Position numbers and translations under genes: made by a program | In this document: positions 54,177 to 64,000 of the stretch, piece after piece | Position numbering within the stretch: position 1 is the first letter of the stretch | Layout: the number at the start of each line of letters is the position of its first letter | Notes under the pieces: generated by a model | The model's database searches: none | What the model saw: the letters and a program-made list of their open reading frames with translations, nothing else | Told to the model about the DNA's origin: nothing | From: an uncultured virus (IMG/VR IMGVR_UViG_3300047567_000019) | Lineage: Duplodnaviria > Heunggongvirae > Uroviricota > Caudoviricetes | Length of the DNA stretch: 64,000 nt | Strand: one strand, 5' to 3' | Virus record (IMG/VR): IMGVR_UViG_3300047567_000019

Positions 54177-54806
54177 AGTCAAGGTCATATCTGCGACCGG
54201 CCTCCCTGCGACCGGGCAGCCGCAGGTCGTACAGACAGGAAATGATAATGTAACGATACCAAACTACGGCACAGTAAATCTCACCGTCCAGCAGCAATTT
54301 GCCACCATGCCTGCTTTCGGAGGCAGCTTCTATGTGCCAGTCAGAGTAAACCGCGAATATTACAACATCTTCGTAATTGGCGGAGAGGAATTTGATAAAC
54401 CGTATTTTAAGGTTCCGCGTGACCGGGCTCTAACGCATCTGATGTCTAAGGAGACAATGGATCGGTTTGCTGAAATGACGCAGGAGAACAAGGAAGAAAT
54501 AAAAACTATGCCCTCTCTTTTCATGGCTGAGAACCGGAACTATGGAAAAGCTGATGATGATCAGATGGTTATATATGGGTTCGTTTCAGACCTCAAAATT
54601 ATGATAACGATGTGAAAGTGTACTACTGCGGGTACAAGATAGACATTCCGCAGCAGCGGTTAAATGAGTGCCTCGAAGAGCTGGGGCTCGTTGGAGATAA
54701 TAGATTTAATGAACTGAACAGGACTCACTGGTCAATCAAGCGCTGCGACCTGATACAGGAGCTGCTTGAGGCCGGAGTTCAAATCCCGGTGTTTAACATG
54801 GGGTAA
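54166..54806 (+). CDS. Uncharacterised protein with an N-terminal amyloid-like motif (single-base frameshift ~54600)
   Basis: GGAGGT RBS; VVQTGNDNVTIPNYGTVNLT; continues in the second frame to ELNRTHWSIK..DL..EL. Confidence 0.8.
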
Positions 54807-54834
54807 ATTACGTGAAAGTAATGGAGGAAGATTT

Positions 54835-55047
54835 ATGAGTAACGAATTAGAAAATATCACAACAGAAGCAGCACCGGAAAAATGGGTAAACCTTGAGGAT
54901 ATAGCAGAACACCTCAGCGTTAGTACAGATACCGTCAGGAATTGGATAAAAGACGGCAAGCTACCATTTTATCGAGCCGGGAAACGCTATAAGTTCAAAA
55001 TATCCGAAGTCGATGAATGGCTTCGAGATGGGAAAATAACGGATTAG
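54835..55047 (+). CDS. Excisionase-like HTH DNA-binding protein
   Basis: WVNLEDIAEHLSVS.DTVRNWIK.G.LP..R.G..YKF...EVDEW. Confidence 0.88.
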   Translation: MSNELENITTEAAPEKWVNLEDIAEHLSVSTDTVRNWIKDGKLPFYRAGKRYKFKISEVDEWLRDGKITD

Positions 55048-55086
55048 TATGTCGCACGCGAAAATGTGGCAGAAGGGAGAGTGCCT

Positions 55087-57392
55087 ATGCAGGACAAAAT
55101 GCAGTCCCTCATAACAAATATAAAATTAGACGCTGCCACTTTTCATGGTGAAACTGTGGAGCCGACATATATAAATTTTTTCTTTGGCAAGAATGGCGCA
55201 GGGAAAACTACGGTTGCATCTGCATTCAAGCAGCCGGATTGCCTCGAATGGCAAACCGGAATAGTCTCCGCCGATTATACGATTCTCGTTTATGATCAGG
55301 AGTTTATCGACCGCAATCTGGCAGACTACGGTGACGTGAAGGGCGTGTTTACGCTCAGCGAGGAAAACGCCGAGATACGGAAGCAGATCGACGATAAGAC
55401 CGAAGAAAGAAAAACGGTCGTTGAAGACGGTAAGCTGGCCGCTGGAGAGCGTGACAAGAAAACTGGCGAACTCAAACCTTTGCGTGATGCATTTGAAAGC
55501 ACCTGCTGGGATGATACCGAGGACATCAGAAGGAGCTTCGACCAGACGCAGACCGGAAAGAAAAAGAAGCTGCAGTTTACGGACGAGGTGCTCTCTGGGA
55601 AGCACGCGCCGGTCGAGCACAAAAAAGAGGATATTCAAAAGCTCTACGATATCGCCTATGATCCGAATGCGCGGAAGTATCCGTTGTTCAAAACGACTGC
55701 CGAGCTGACTGGTGTGTATGACCTTTCCGGCGAGAGCCATCTCGGCGAGGAGGTGACCAGTCGCAGTGAGACGCAGTTTGCGCAGTTTATGAAAGCGCTG
55801 AATGCGACCGAGTGGGTGAAGCAAGGCCACGCAGATTATGTGGTCGGTCACGATGAAGGAAAGTGTCCCCTTCTGCCAGCGGAAGCTGCCGGATACCTTT
55901 GAAAAGGATATTGCAGAAGCTTTTGACGAAGGTTACCAGAAGGCTCTTGATGCGCTGGAAACCTTCGAGACAGAGTACACAAGGAAGATGGCTGCCCTGC
56001 TTGAGCTGCTGAAGAATAACCTGAGTGACGTATTTCCGAAGGCGCAGACCGCTGAATACGAAAAGCTGGTGGCGCAGCTGGAAACGGCCATTACAGAGAA
56101 CGAGCAGCTGATTGCAAAGAAGAGACAGGCTCCGGGCGAGCCGGTGACACTGAAAGACACAAGCTCTATTCTCGCTGACATTGATACGGCTGTGGCGGGT
56201 ATCAATAAACTGATTCAGGAGAATAACGACATTGTGGCTACCAAGCCGGAAAAGCAGCGCGAATGCTTCAATATGGTCTGGGAAGAAATAGCCTTTATCC
56301 TGAAGGATAAGGTCGCGGCCTATTTGAAGAGCAAGGGTGATATCGAAGCTGAGGTTAAACGCCTTGACGGACAGGTGAAAGCACTGCAGGGAAAGTATAA
56401 GACGCTGACCTCGGAGATAAACACGCTTAACGCAAGTGTTATCAATACGGCTGCGACGGTAGATAGCATAAATGCTCACCTGAAGGATTCCGGATTTGAA
56501 GGCTTCCGACTCCGAGAGAAGGAAGGGGTCAAAGGCACCTATGAGGTCATTCGCGAAGATGGCAAGGTTGCCGAGAATCTCAGTGAAGGAGAACGTAATT
56601 TTATCGCTTTCCTGTATTTCTACCATCTGGTGCGTGGTAGCCAGACCGAGACTGACTCCGGCAAGGACAAGATTGTGGTAATCGACGATCCGGTTTCCAG
56701 CATGGATTCCAGTGCGCTCTTTATCGTCAGTGCGCTGGTGCGTGAGATGCTGGGCGTGTGCAGCAACAATGTCCGGCTCGAAGGCCACGAATACAAGGGA
56801 AAGTACATCCAGCAGATATTCATCCTGACGCACAATGCGTTCTTCCACAGGGAGATCACATACAATCAGGTAAGCCATTACCGGTATGTGTCTTTCTTTA
56901 AGGTGAACAAGAAGAACAACGTCTCGACCGTGGAAAAGTGCGTCATTGAGGCCACGAAGATTTCTGAAAAGGATAGGAACTTCAATCCAGTTCAGAATTC
57001 CTACGCGGCTCTGTGGAGAGAATATGAGACGCTCGACGCTCCGATCCCGCTCATGAATGTGATCCGGCGGATTCTGGAGTACTACTTCCTTCAGCTTTGC
57101 GGGTTTGAAAGCAGCCGTCAATGAGTACGATACGGTGCTTGAAGCTGTAAAGAAAGAGATTGATGGAGGAAGGCCAGCCGGCATGGAGTTCCGGATTACA
57201 CGAAATACCATCTTGCGCAGGTGCCATGCTCTCCTACATAAACGGCATACGGACTCCTTTAATGACGGACTGTCATTTTGTCGATGAGAGCATCGATTGC
57301 GACCAGTATAGAGATGTGTTTCATTCACGATCTTTGATGGTGATGAATCAGGGACAGCACTTACAAGAGACATGATGGAAGAAGTCGGATAA
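55087..57392 (+). CDS. RloC-like ABC ATPase with Zn hook (frameshifts ~55870 and ~57110-57370)
   Basis: GKNGAGKTT, CPFCQ, LSEGE, IDDPVSSMD, LTH; C-terminal NVIRRILEYYF. Confidence 0.75.
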
Positions 57393-57451
57393 GGTTGTCC
57401 ACGGCACTTGGCCCACGGAATAGATTACATAAGGAAGGCGAGCACTGCTTA

Positions 57452-60400
57452 ATGAAAATCTTTGACAATGTCACGGATATAGTCCGGGACGATTTAAAAC
57501 AGACGGTGAAGCGTGGCAGCAAGGTTTCCATTGCCGCTGCATGCTTCTCCATGTACGCATATAAAGAGTTGAAGACGCAACTGGAGCAGGTGGACGAGTT
57601 CCGGTTCATTTTCACGTCTCCGACATTTATCAAGGAAAAGGCTGAGAAGCAGAAGCGCGAATTCTATATCCCGCGTCTCAGCCGCGAAAGCAGTCTGTAC
57701 GGTACGGAATTTGAAATCAAGCTGCGTAATGAGATGACGCAGAAGGCCATCGCAAAGGAATGCGCAGATTGGATCAAGCGCAAGGCGACCTTTAAGTCCA
57801 ATGTTACCGGCGAGAACATGGGCGGCTTTATGACTATTGCTGCTCCATGCTGAGGAAGTAGCATATATGCCGATGAACGGCTTTCACGACTGTTGATATC
57901 GGCTGCGAACGCGGCAACAACAGCTATAACATGGTCAACCGCATGGAGGCGCCGTTCTCCACGCAGTACATGCAGCTTTTCGAGTCGCTTTGGAATGACA
58001 AGGATAAGATGCAGGACGTAACCGATGTCATCATTTCAAATATCAGTACGGCCTACAATGAGAACTCACCGGAATTCATTTATTTCATGACACTCTATAA
58101 CGTGTTCAGTGAGTTCCTTGATGATATTTCGGAGGACGTTTTGCCGAATGAGGCGACCGGTTTTAAGCAGAGCAAAATCTGGAGTATGCTATATGACTTC
58201 CAGAGGGACGCGGTACTTGCCATCATCAACAAGCTGGAGAAGTACAACGGCTGCATTCTTGCTGACAGCGTCGGTCTTGGTAAGACCTTCACTGCGCTGG
58301 CTGTTATCAAATATTATGAGAACAGGAATAAAACCGTCCTTGTCCTCTGCCCGAAGAAGCTATCGGAAAACTGGAATACCTATAAGGATAACTATGTCAA
58401 TAATCCGATTGCGTCTGACAGATTAAATTATGATGTTCTTTTCCATACCGACCTTTCTCGTGCTGGTGGCTTTTCCAATGGGCTCGATCTCGATCGCCTG
58501 AACTGGGGAAACTATGATCTTGTGGTCATAGACGAGTCGCATAACTTCAGGAATGGTGCTGGTACCCATGCCAACACGCAGGAGAACCGCTATGTGAAAT
58601 TGATGGACAAGGTGATCCGTGCTGGCGTCAAGACGAAAGTGTTGATGCTGTCAGCGACACCGGTCAACAACAGATTCACCGACCTGAAAAATCAGCTGGC
58701 CATCGCCTATGAGGGGAACTCGGAATTTATCAATGAGAAGCTCGATACCAAAAAGCCGATTGATGAGATATTCCGTCAGGCGCAGAAAGCCTTCAATGCA
58801 TGGAGCAAGCTCGATCCGGAAGCAAGAACGACGGACGCGCTGCTTAGGACACTGGATTTCGATTTCTTTGAAGTCCTCGATAGCGTGACGATTGCCCGCT
58901 CCAGAAAGCACATAGAGAAATATTACAACACGGAAGAAATCGGCAAGTTCCCGCAACGCCTGAAGCCTATCTCAAGGCGTCCGAGCATGACCGATCTTTC
59001 GAGCGCCATAAACTATAACCAGATTTACGAGCAGTTGATGCAGCTGACGCTCGTGATCTATACTCCGTCAAACTATATCTTTCCGAGCAAGATGTCGAAG
59101 TACATCGACCTCACGCACAACAAAGGAAATAACCTTACGCAGAAAGGCCGTGAGCAAGGTATCCAGCGTTTGATGAGTATCAATCTCCTGAAGCGTCTGG
59201 AGAGCTCTGTTTATTCCTTCAATTTGACATTGAGCAGAATTCTGGCGCTGATAAAGAGCACCATCTCAGCCATTGACAGCTTTGAGAAAAATGGAAAAGC
59301 TGATCTGGATATGTATGAGGCTTCTGACAGCGATTTTGATATTGATGACGAGAATAACGATTACTTCACCGTCGGCAAAAAGGTAAAGATTGACCTTGCT
59401 GATATGGACTATAAAACATGGCGTGATGAGCTGCAGCGCGATGCGGATACGCTTGAGCTGCTGACGCTTATGATCGCCGATGTTACACCGGAACATGATC
59501 TGAAGCTGCAGACCTTGTTGCACCTGCTGGATGAGAAAATGAAGCATCCTATCAATGAGGGCAACAAGAAGGTGCTGATCTTCTCCGCGTTCTCCGATAC
59601 GGCAGAGTATCTGTACGATCAGGTGTCTGCCTACATGAAATCAAACTATGGTCTGGATACAGCGGTTATTACTGGAAGCATTGACGGACGGACTACCATC
59701 AAAGGCCTGAAAGCCACGCTCAATAATGTGCTGACCTGCTTCTCGCCTATATCAAAGAGCCGTGATGTTCTGATGCCGGGCAGTACAAAGGAAATTGATG
59801 TCCTGATTGCTACGGACTGTATTTCAGAAGGACAGAACTTGCAGGACTGCGACTATCTGGTGAATTACGATATTCACTGGAATCCTGTACGCATTATTCA
59901 GCGCTTCGGTCGAATTGACCGTATCGGCAGCAGGAACCAGTATATTCAGCTGGTGAACTTCTGGCCGGACATGACGCTGGACGACTACATCAACCTTAAA
60001 TCTCGCGTGGAGACCAGAATGAAAATCTCCGTTATGACCTCGACCGGAGACGATGACCTGATCAATCCAGAGGAAAAAGGCGACCTCGAATACAGAAAGC
60101 AGCAGCTGAAGCGTCTGCAGGAAGAGGTCGTGGATATTGAAGATATGTCCACGGGTATTTCCATCATGGATCTGGGACTAAATGAGTTCCGGCTTGACCT
60201 GCTGGAATATATAAAGACGCATGACCTTAGTACTAAGCCGAAGGGACTGCACGCGGTAGTTCCGGCCACGGAGGAGAATCCGGAGGGCGTGATCTTTGTC
60301 CTACGGAACATCAATAACAGTATCAACATTGATAACCAGAATCGCATTCACCCGTTCTACATGGTGTATATCGGTGTAGACGGAGAAATTGTCTGCGACT

Positions 60401-60681
60401 ACTTGAATCCGAAGAAGCTGCTGGACACCGTCCGGCTGTTGTGCCGAGGAAAGTCCGAACCGGTACTGACGCTGTGTGAAAAATTCAATAAGGAAACAGA
60501 TGATGGAAGAAACATGGAGGAAGTGTCGCAGCTTCTCTCCGATGCGATCAATTCCATTATTGACGTAAAAGAAGAAAGCGATATTGATAGCCTGTTCTCC
60601 GCTGGAGGGACTTCTGCCCTGATGTCAGAGATCAACGGGCTGGATGACTTTGAGCTTATTTGCTTCTTAGTAGTGAAATGA
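57452..60681 (+). CDS. SNF2-type helicase associated with type III RM (frameshift ~57850-57890)
   Basis: ADSVGLGKT, DESH, LSATP, SEGQNLQ, QRFGRIDRIG. Confidence 0.9.
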
Positions 60682-60694
60682 GGAGGTGCATCCG

Positions 60695-61363
60695 GTGATT
60701 GGATTACCGAAGAGCACGGAGTTTAACCGGCGCATCCCGAAGCAGAAGTTCTATGAGAACATTTCTGTATCGCCGACGTTAAAGCGAGTGTTCATAGATC
60801 AGATCAAGGTGATCTACTGGCGCAACAAAGTGGCCGCGACAACTATGAATCTTGCCGCCGGAGACACCGTAACGGAGCTGGAGGTCTTTGAAATAAAACT
60901 GAACGGGCAGCAGCTTGACGAGTCCGTCCTCCGGCAGATAGATAAAGAGATACCGTACCACATTCTGTTCCTGCTGGAATACGATGGCAAGTATCAGGCG
61001 TGGACAGCCTACAAAGAGGCTGCGGCTTCCGGATCAAATGCATTTAAGGTGGGTACGTACTACCACACGGATTGGCTCCCGGAAGATGAGCTGCCTCTGA
61101 AGGTAGAAGGCCTGAGTGTCGATAAGGTTTATGAGAATTTTGTGCGGCAGATCGCGGGCGATGCGCTCCGCGCCGAGGACGGAAAGACTGAATCGCTGAA
61201 GGAATCCGTAGAGCGCGATACCCGCCGTCAGGAGCTGGAAAAGCAGATCGCAGCACTTCAAACGAAAGTCCGCAAGGAAAAGCAGCTGAACAAGCAGGTG
61301 CAGCTGAACGCGGAGCTAAAGAAACTGAAAAAAGAACTGGAGGTGCTGGGTAATGGATCATGA
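60695..61363 (+). CDS. DUF4391 family protein
   Basis: LPKST.FN.RIPKQKFY, ID..IPY, C-terminal KEKQLNKQV.LN. Confidence 0.85.
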   Translation: MIGLPKSTEFNRRIPKQKFYENISVSPTLKRVFIDQIKVIYWRNKVAATTMNLAAGDTVTELEVFEIKLNGQQLDESVLRQIDKEIPYHILFLLEYDGKYQAWTAYKEAAASGSNAFKVGTYYHTDWLPEDELPLKVEGLSVDKVYENFVRQIAGDALRAEDGKTESLKESVERDTRRQELEKQIAALQTKVRKEKQLNKQVQLNAELKKLKKELEVLGNGS

Positions 61364-62432
61364 TCAAGAAGTTCGAAAAATCCTTGCAGGAAGAACTTCT
61401 TCTGGCACGATCAGGAGCAGAGAAAGTAATACTGTTGAGTTCAAACAGTCTTTCAATAAAGGAAATACTGCAGCTTATGCTAAAACGATGGCTGCTTATG
61501 CAAATAACAGCGGAGGATATATTATCTTCGGCATCACAGACTCGCCAAGAAAAATCGTAGGCCTTAAAAATGATAACTTTGAAAACTTGAAGCAGGAAGT
61601 ATTTACTGACGCCATAAACGCCCTTTTCTCACCTGCTATAGAATGGGAAATGGGGGCAATTGTTCTGGAAGAAGAAAAAGAGGATGATAACGGTGTCATT
61701 ATTACAGAGCGAAAGAAAATCGGCTGGATATATACAATCGAGTCTGAAATAAAGCCCGTGATCGCTCAAAAGGATAACAGCAGCGAAAGTATAACAGCTG
61801 GAGATGTATTTTATCGTTATCGGGCGAGAAACGGAAAAATAAAGCCTGCCGAGATGGAGCGGATTATATCGGATCGCATAAATCGAGAACGAGAAAATTT
61901 GCTTCGCGTCCTTGAGGTGATACGCAAGAGCGGGACTGCCAATTTGGGTATTGTAAATTATAGCGACGGAAAGTTTTCAACTCCGTATGGTGTGGATGTT
62001 GCCTTTGATAGAAAACTGGTCACTCAGGTTTTGAAGAAAGCAAAGTTCATAAAGGAAGGGAGCTTCAACGAGACGGATGGTATTCCGGTTATAAAGGTCA
62101 CGGGTAATATTGATCTGGCAGAGGAAGTTCCTGTTCCTGAAGGGAATCCAGACGATACTCATCCGTATATTCAGAAGCAGATGGCTGAAAAGCTGGGAAT
62201 CAGCACGCAAGATTTATACGCACTCATTTGGTACTTTAAGATGAAGGAATCCAAGAAATATCATCTGGAAATAACCGTCTCCAAGAGTGGAAAGACACAC
62301 AAGTTTTCAAACTTTGCGCTCGAATTCCTACAAGAGAAACTAAACGAGCTGAAGGGCAATGATGCAGAGTTTGAAAAAATTAGAATGGCTTATAAGAACA
62401 GAAACAAGCAGGAGGAAAAAACTAATGGATAA
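61353..62432 (+). CDS. AlbA_2 (Schlafen-like) domain protein
   Basis: RES.TVEFK, AYANNSGGYIIFGITD. Confidence 0.85.
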   Translation: MDHDQEVRKILAGRTSSGTIRSRESNTVEFKQSFNKGNTAAYAKTMAAYANNSGGYIIFGITDSPRKIVGLKNDNFENLKQEVFTDAINALFSPAIEWEMGAIVLEEEKEDDNGVIITERKKIGWIYTIESEIKPVIAQKDNSSESITAGDVFYRYRARNGKIKPAEMERIISDRINRERENLLRVLEVIRKSGTANLGIVNYSDGKFSTPYGVDVAFDRKLVTQVLKKAKFIKEGSFNETDGIPVIKVTGNIDLAEEVPVPEGNPDDTHPYIQKQMAEKLGISTQDLYALIWYFKMKESKKYHLEITVSKSGKTHKFSNFALEFLQEKLNELKGNDAEFEKIRMAYKNRNKQEEKTNG

Positions 62433-64000
62433 GATGAGAATGGAGTCAGTTGACATGACTGAGAAGAACATCGACAGGGTTGCAGACCTGTTCCCAAACT
62501 GCATCACTGAGGCCTGTGGACGAAGAGCGCAGCACTCCTGACCATAAGGTCTACAAGAAAGTTGTGAATTTCGACCTGCTCCGCCAGATGCTTTCCGGAG
62601 ATGTTCTGGAAGGCGATGAGGCTTATGAATTTACATGGGTTGGTAAGAAAGCTGCTATTGTAGAGGCAAATAAGCCTGTCCGCAAAACATTGCGTCCATG
62701 CCCGGAAGAGAGTGTTGAGTGGGATACTACGGAGAATCTGTATATCGAGGGCGACAATATTGATGTATTAAAACTCTCTGCAGGAAAGCTATCTTGGTAA
62801 GGTAAAGATGATATATATCGATCCACCTTATAATACCGGCTCGGATAGTTTTGTGTATCCTGATGATTACGGAATGTCACAGGATGAATATGAGAGTGAA
62901 AGCGGTGCTGTTGACGATGACGGTAATACTGTATTTAAGGAAAACAGCAAAACAAATCCTCGTTACCATTCCAAATGGTGCTCCATGATATATGAGAGGT
63001 TGATGCTTGCACGAAATCTTTTAAGCGACGAGGGAGCCATTTTCATACATATAGACGAACATGAAGTCTATACGTTGGAGATGATGTGCAATGAAATCTT
63101 TGGCGTGCAGAATGAACTTGGCACCATTGTATGGGACAAAAGGAATCCGAAAGGTGTTGTGGCTGGTGTTGCTTATCAACATGAATCCATTTTAGTGTTT
63201 TGCAAAAATATTTCTGTTTTTGCTGGGGTGCCTTTTACCAAAAAGAAGGAACATGCAGATGCAATGATGTCTAAAGCTGCTTCTTTGATTAGAAAGTATG
63301 GTGGTGTTACAGAGCAGGTTAGAACTGAGTTTAAGGACTGGATAAAGGCAAATAAAGCGGACTTATCAGGTGGAGAAAGTGCGTACAGCCTTATTGATGA
63401 TGCAGGAAATATATATCAACCTGTTTCGATGGCTGCACCGGATAAGCCGGAAACCCGTTCGCACCGGCCTCTGATACATCCTAAAACAGGAAAACCTTGT
63501 CCTGTTCCTGCGAAGGGGTGGCGATTTACCGATCCTACAATGGATGATTTGCTCAAAAGGGATAAGATTGAGTTTGGAGCTGATGAGTCCACCCAGCCGA
63601 GACAGAAATATTTTCTTAAAGAGAATATGTATGAGGCTGTTTCCTCGCTCCTTTACTATGGAGGATCTGACGATGCCTTAGGCTTGCCGTTTGAGAACCC
63701 TAAGCCGGTATATGTGGCGAAAAAGTTGATAAGCTCACTTGCAAAGCAAGATGGGGATATCGTTATGGACTTCTTCTCCGGTTCAGCTACTACTGCCCAT
63801 GCGGTTATGGAATTGAACGCAGAGGATGGAGTTAAGCGTACCTTTATAATGGTTCAATATCCTGAACTATTAAAGAGAAATCGCCAGCGTATAAGGAGGG
63901 GTATAGGACTATTCCTGAGATTGGGAAGAAACGTATAAAACTCGCAATTGAGAAAATTAAAGAGGAATCGAACCCAAATACTGTAGACCTTGGCTTTAGG
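62425..64000 (+). CDS. mod: Type III RM methyltransferase (frameshifted; runs off right edge)
   Basis: YEFTWVGK, NLYIEGDN, IYIDPPY, NPKP, DFFSGSATT. Confidence 0.92.

Larger units (their letters stand above)
9178..64000. mobile_element. Prophage 2 (HK97-fold siphovirus with serine recombinases) with flanking cargo; right end outside window
   Basis: Module order recombination-lysis-tail-head-packaging-replication from 15689 to 52965. Left boundary is inferred from the hsdM break. Confidence 0.7.

Noticed and set aside
16000..58000. Dense frameshifts read as wholesale pseudogenisation or programmed recoding
   Set aside because: They are mostly single-base indels, often in homopolymers, with motifs intact on both sides. 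This fits long-read consensus error better, though decay cannot be excluded without reads.
1..64000. tRNA or rRNA genes
   Set aside because: None recognised by eye; tRNAscan-SE or barrnap would be needed to exclude them.

Overview
Firmicute (Clostridia-like) accessory DNA containing two related prophage-like elements in tandem. Element 1 (1 to ~9.2 kb, partial) has a minus-strand replication module (family-A DNA polymerase, DUF2815, DUF2800, sigma-like activator) and a divergent cargo of a Lamassu/ABC-three-component system, an XRE HTH and an hsdM broken at its SAM-binding motif (~9177). Element 2 (~9.2 kb to past the window end) is a near-complete HK97-type siphovirus prophage with serine recombinases, lysis, tail, head, packaging and replication genes on the minus strand, and cargo on both flanks. 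Its left cargo is an uncharacterised membrane-protein operon and a 3.2-kb marR-MATE insert. Its right cargo is a two-gene pair sharing an amyloid-like motif, an RloC-like ABC ATPase and a SNF2/DUF4391/AlbA_2/type III mod locus. Best leads: (1) adjacent genes at 53262-54806 share IPNYGTVNLT (C-terminal in one, N-terminal in the next) with 9 of 10 codons synonymously different, the layout expected of amyloid (RHIM/BASS-like) signalling; (2) an integrase-less insert at 11971-15198 whose junctions make two reciprocal in-frame chimeric genes, so excision would rebuild both a Zn-finger gene and a sigma-like gene; (3) two conserved phage regulatory motifs. Many genes from ~16 to 58 kb carry single-base indels, probably assembly errors. 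Family assignments come from motif recognition and recall, not from database searches.
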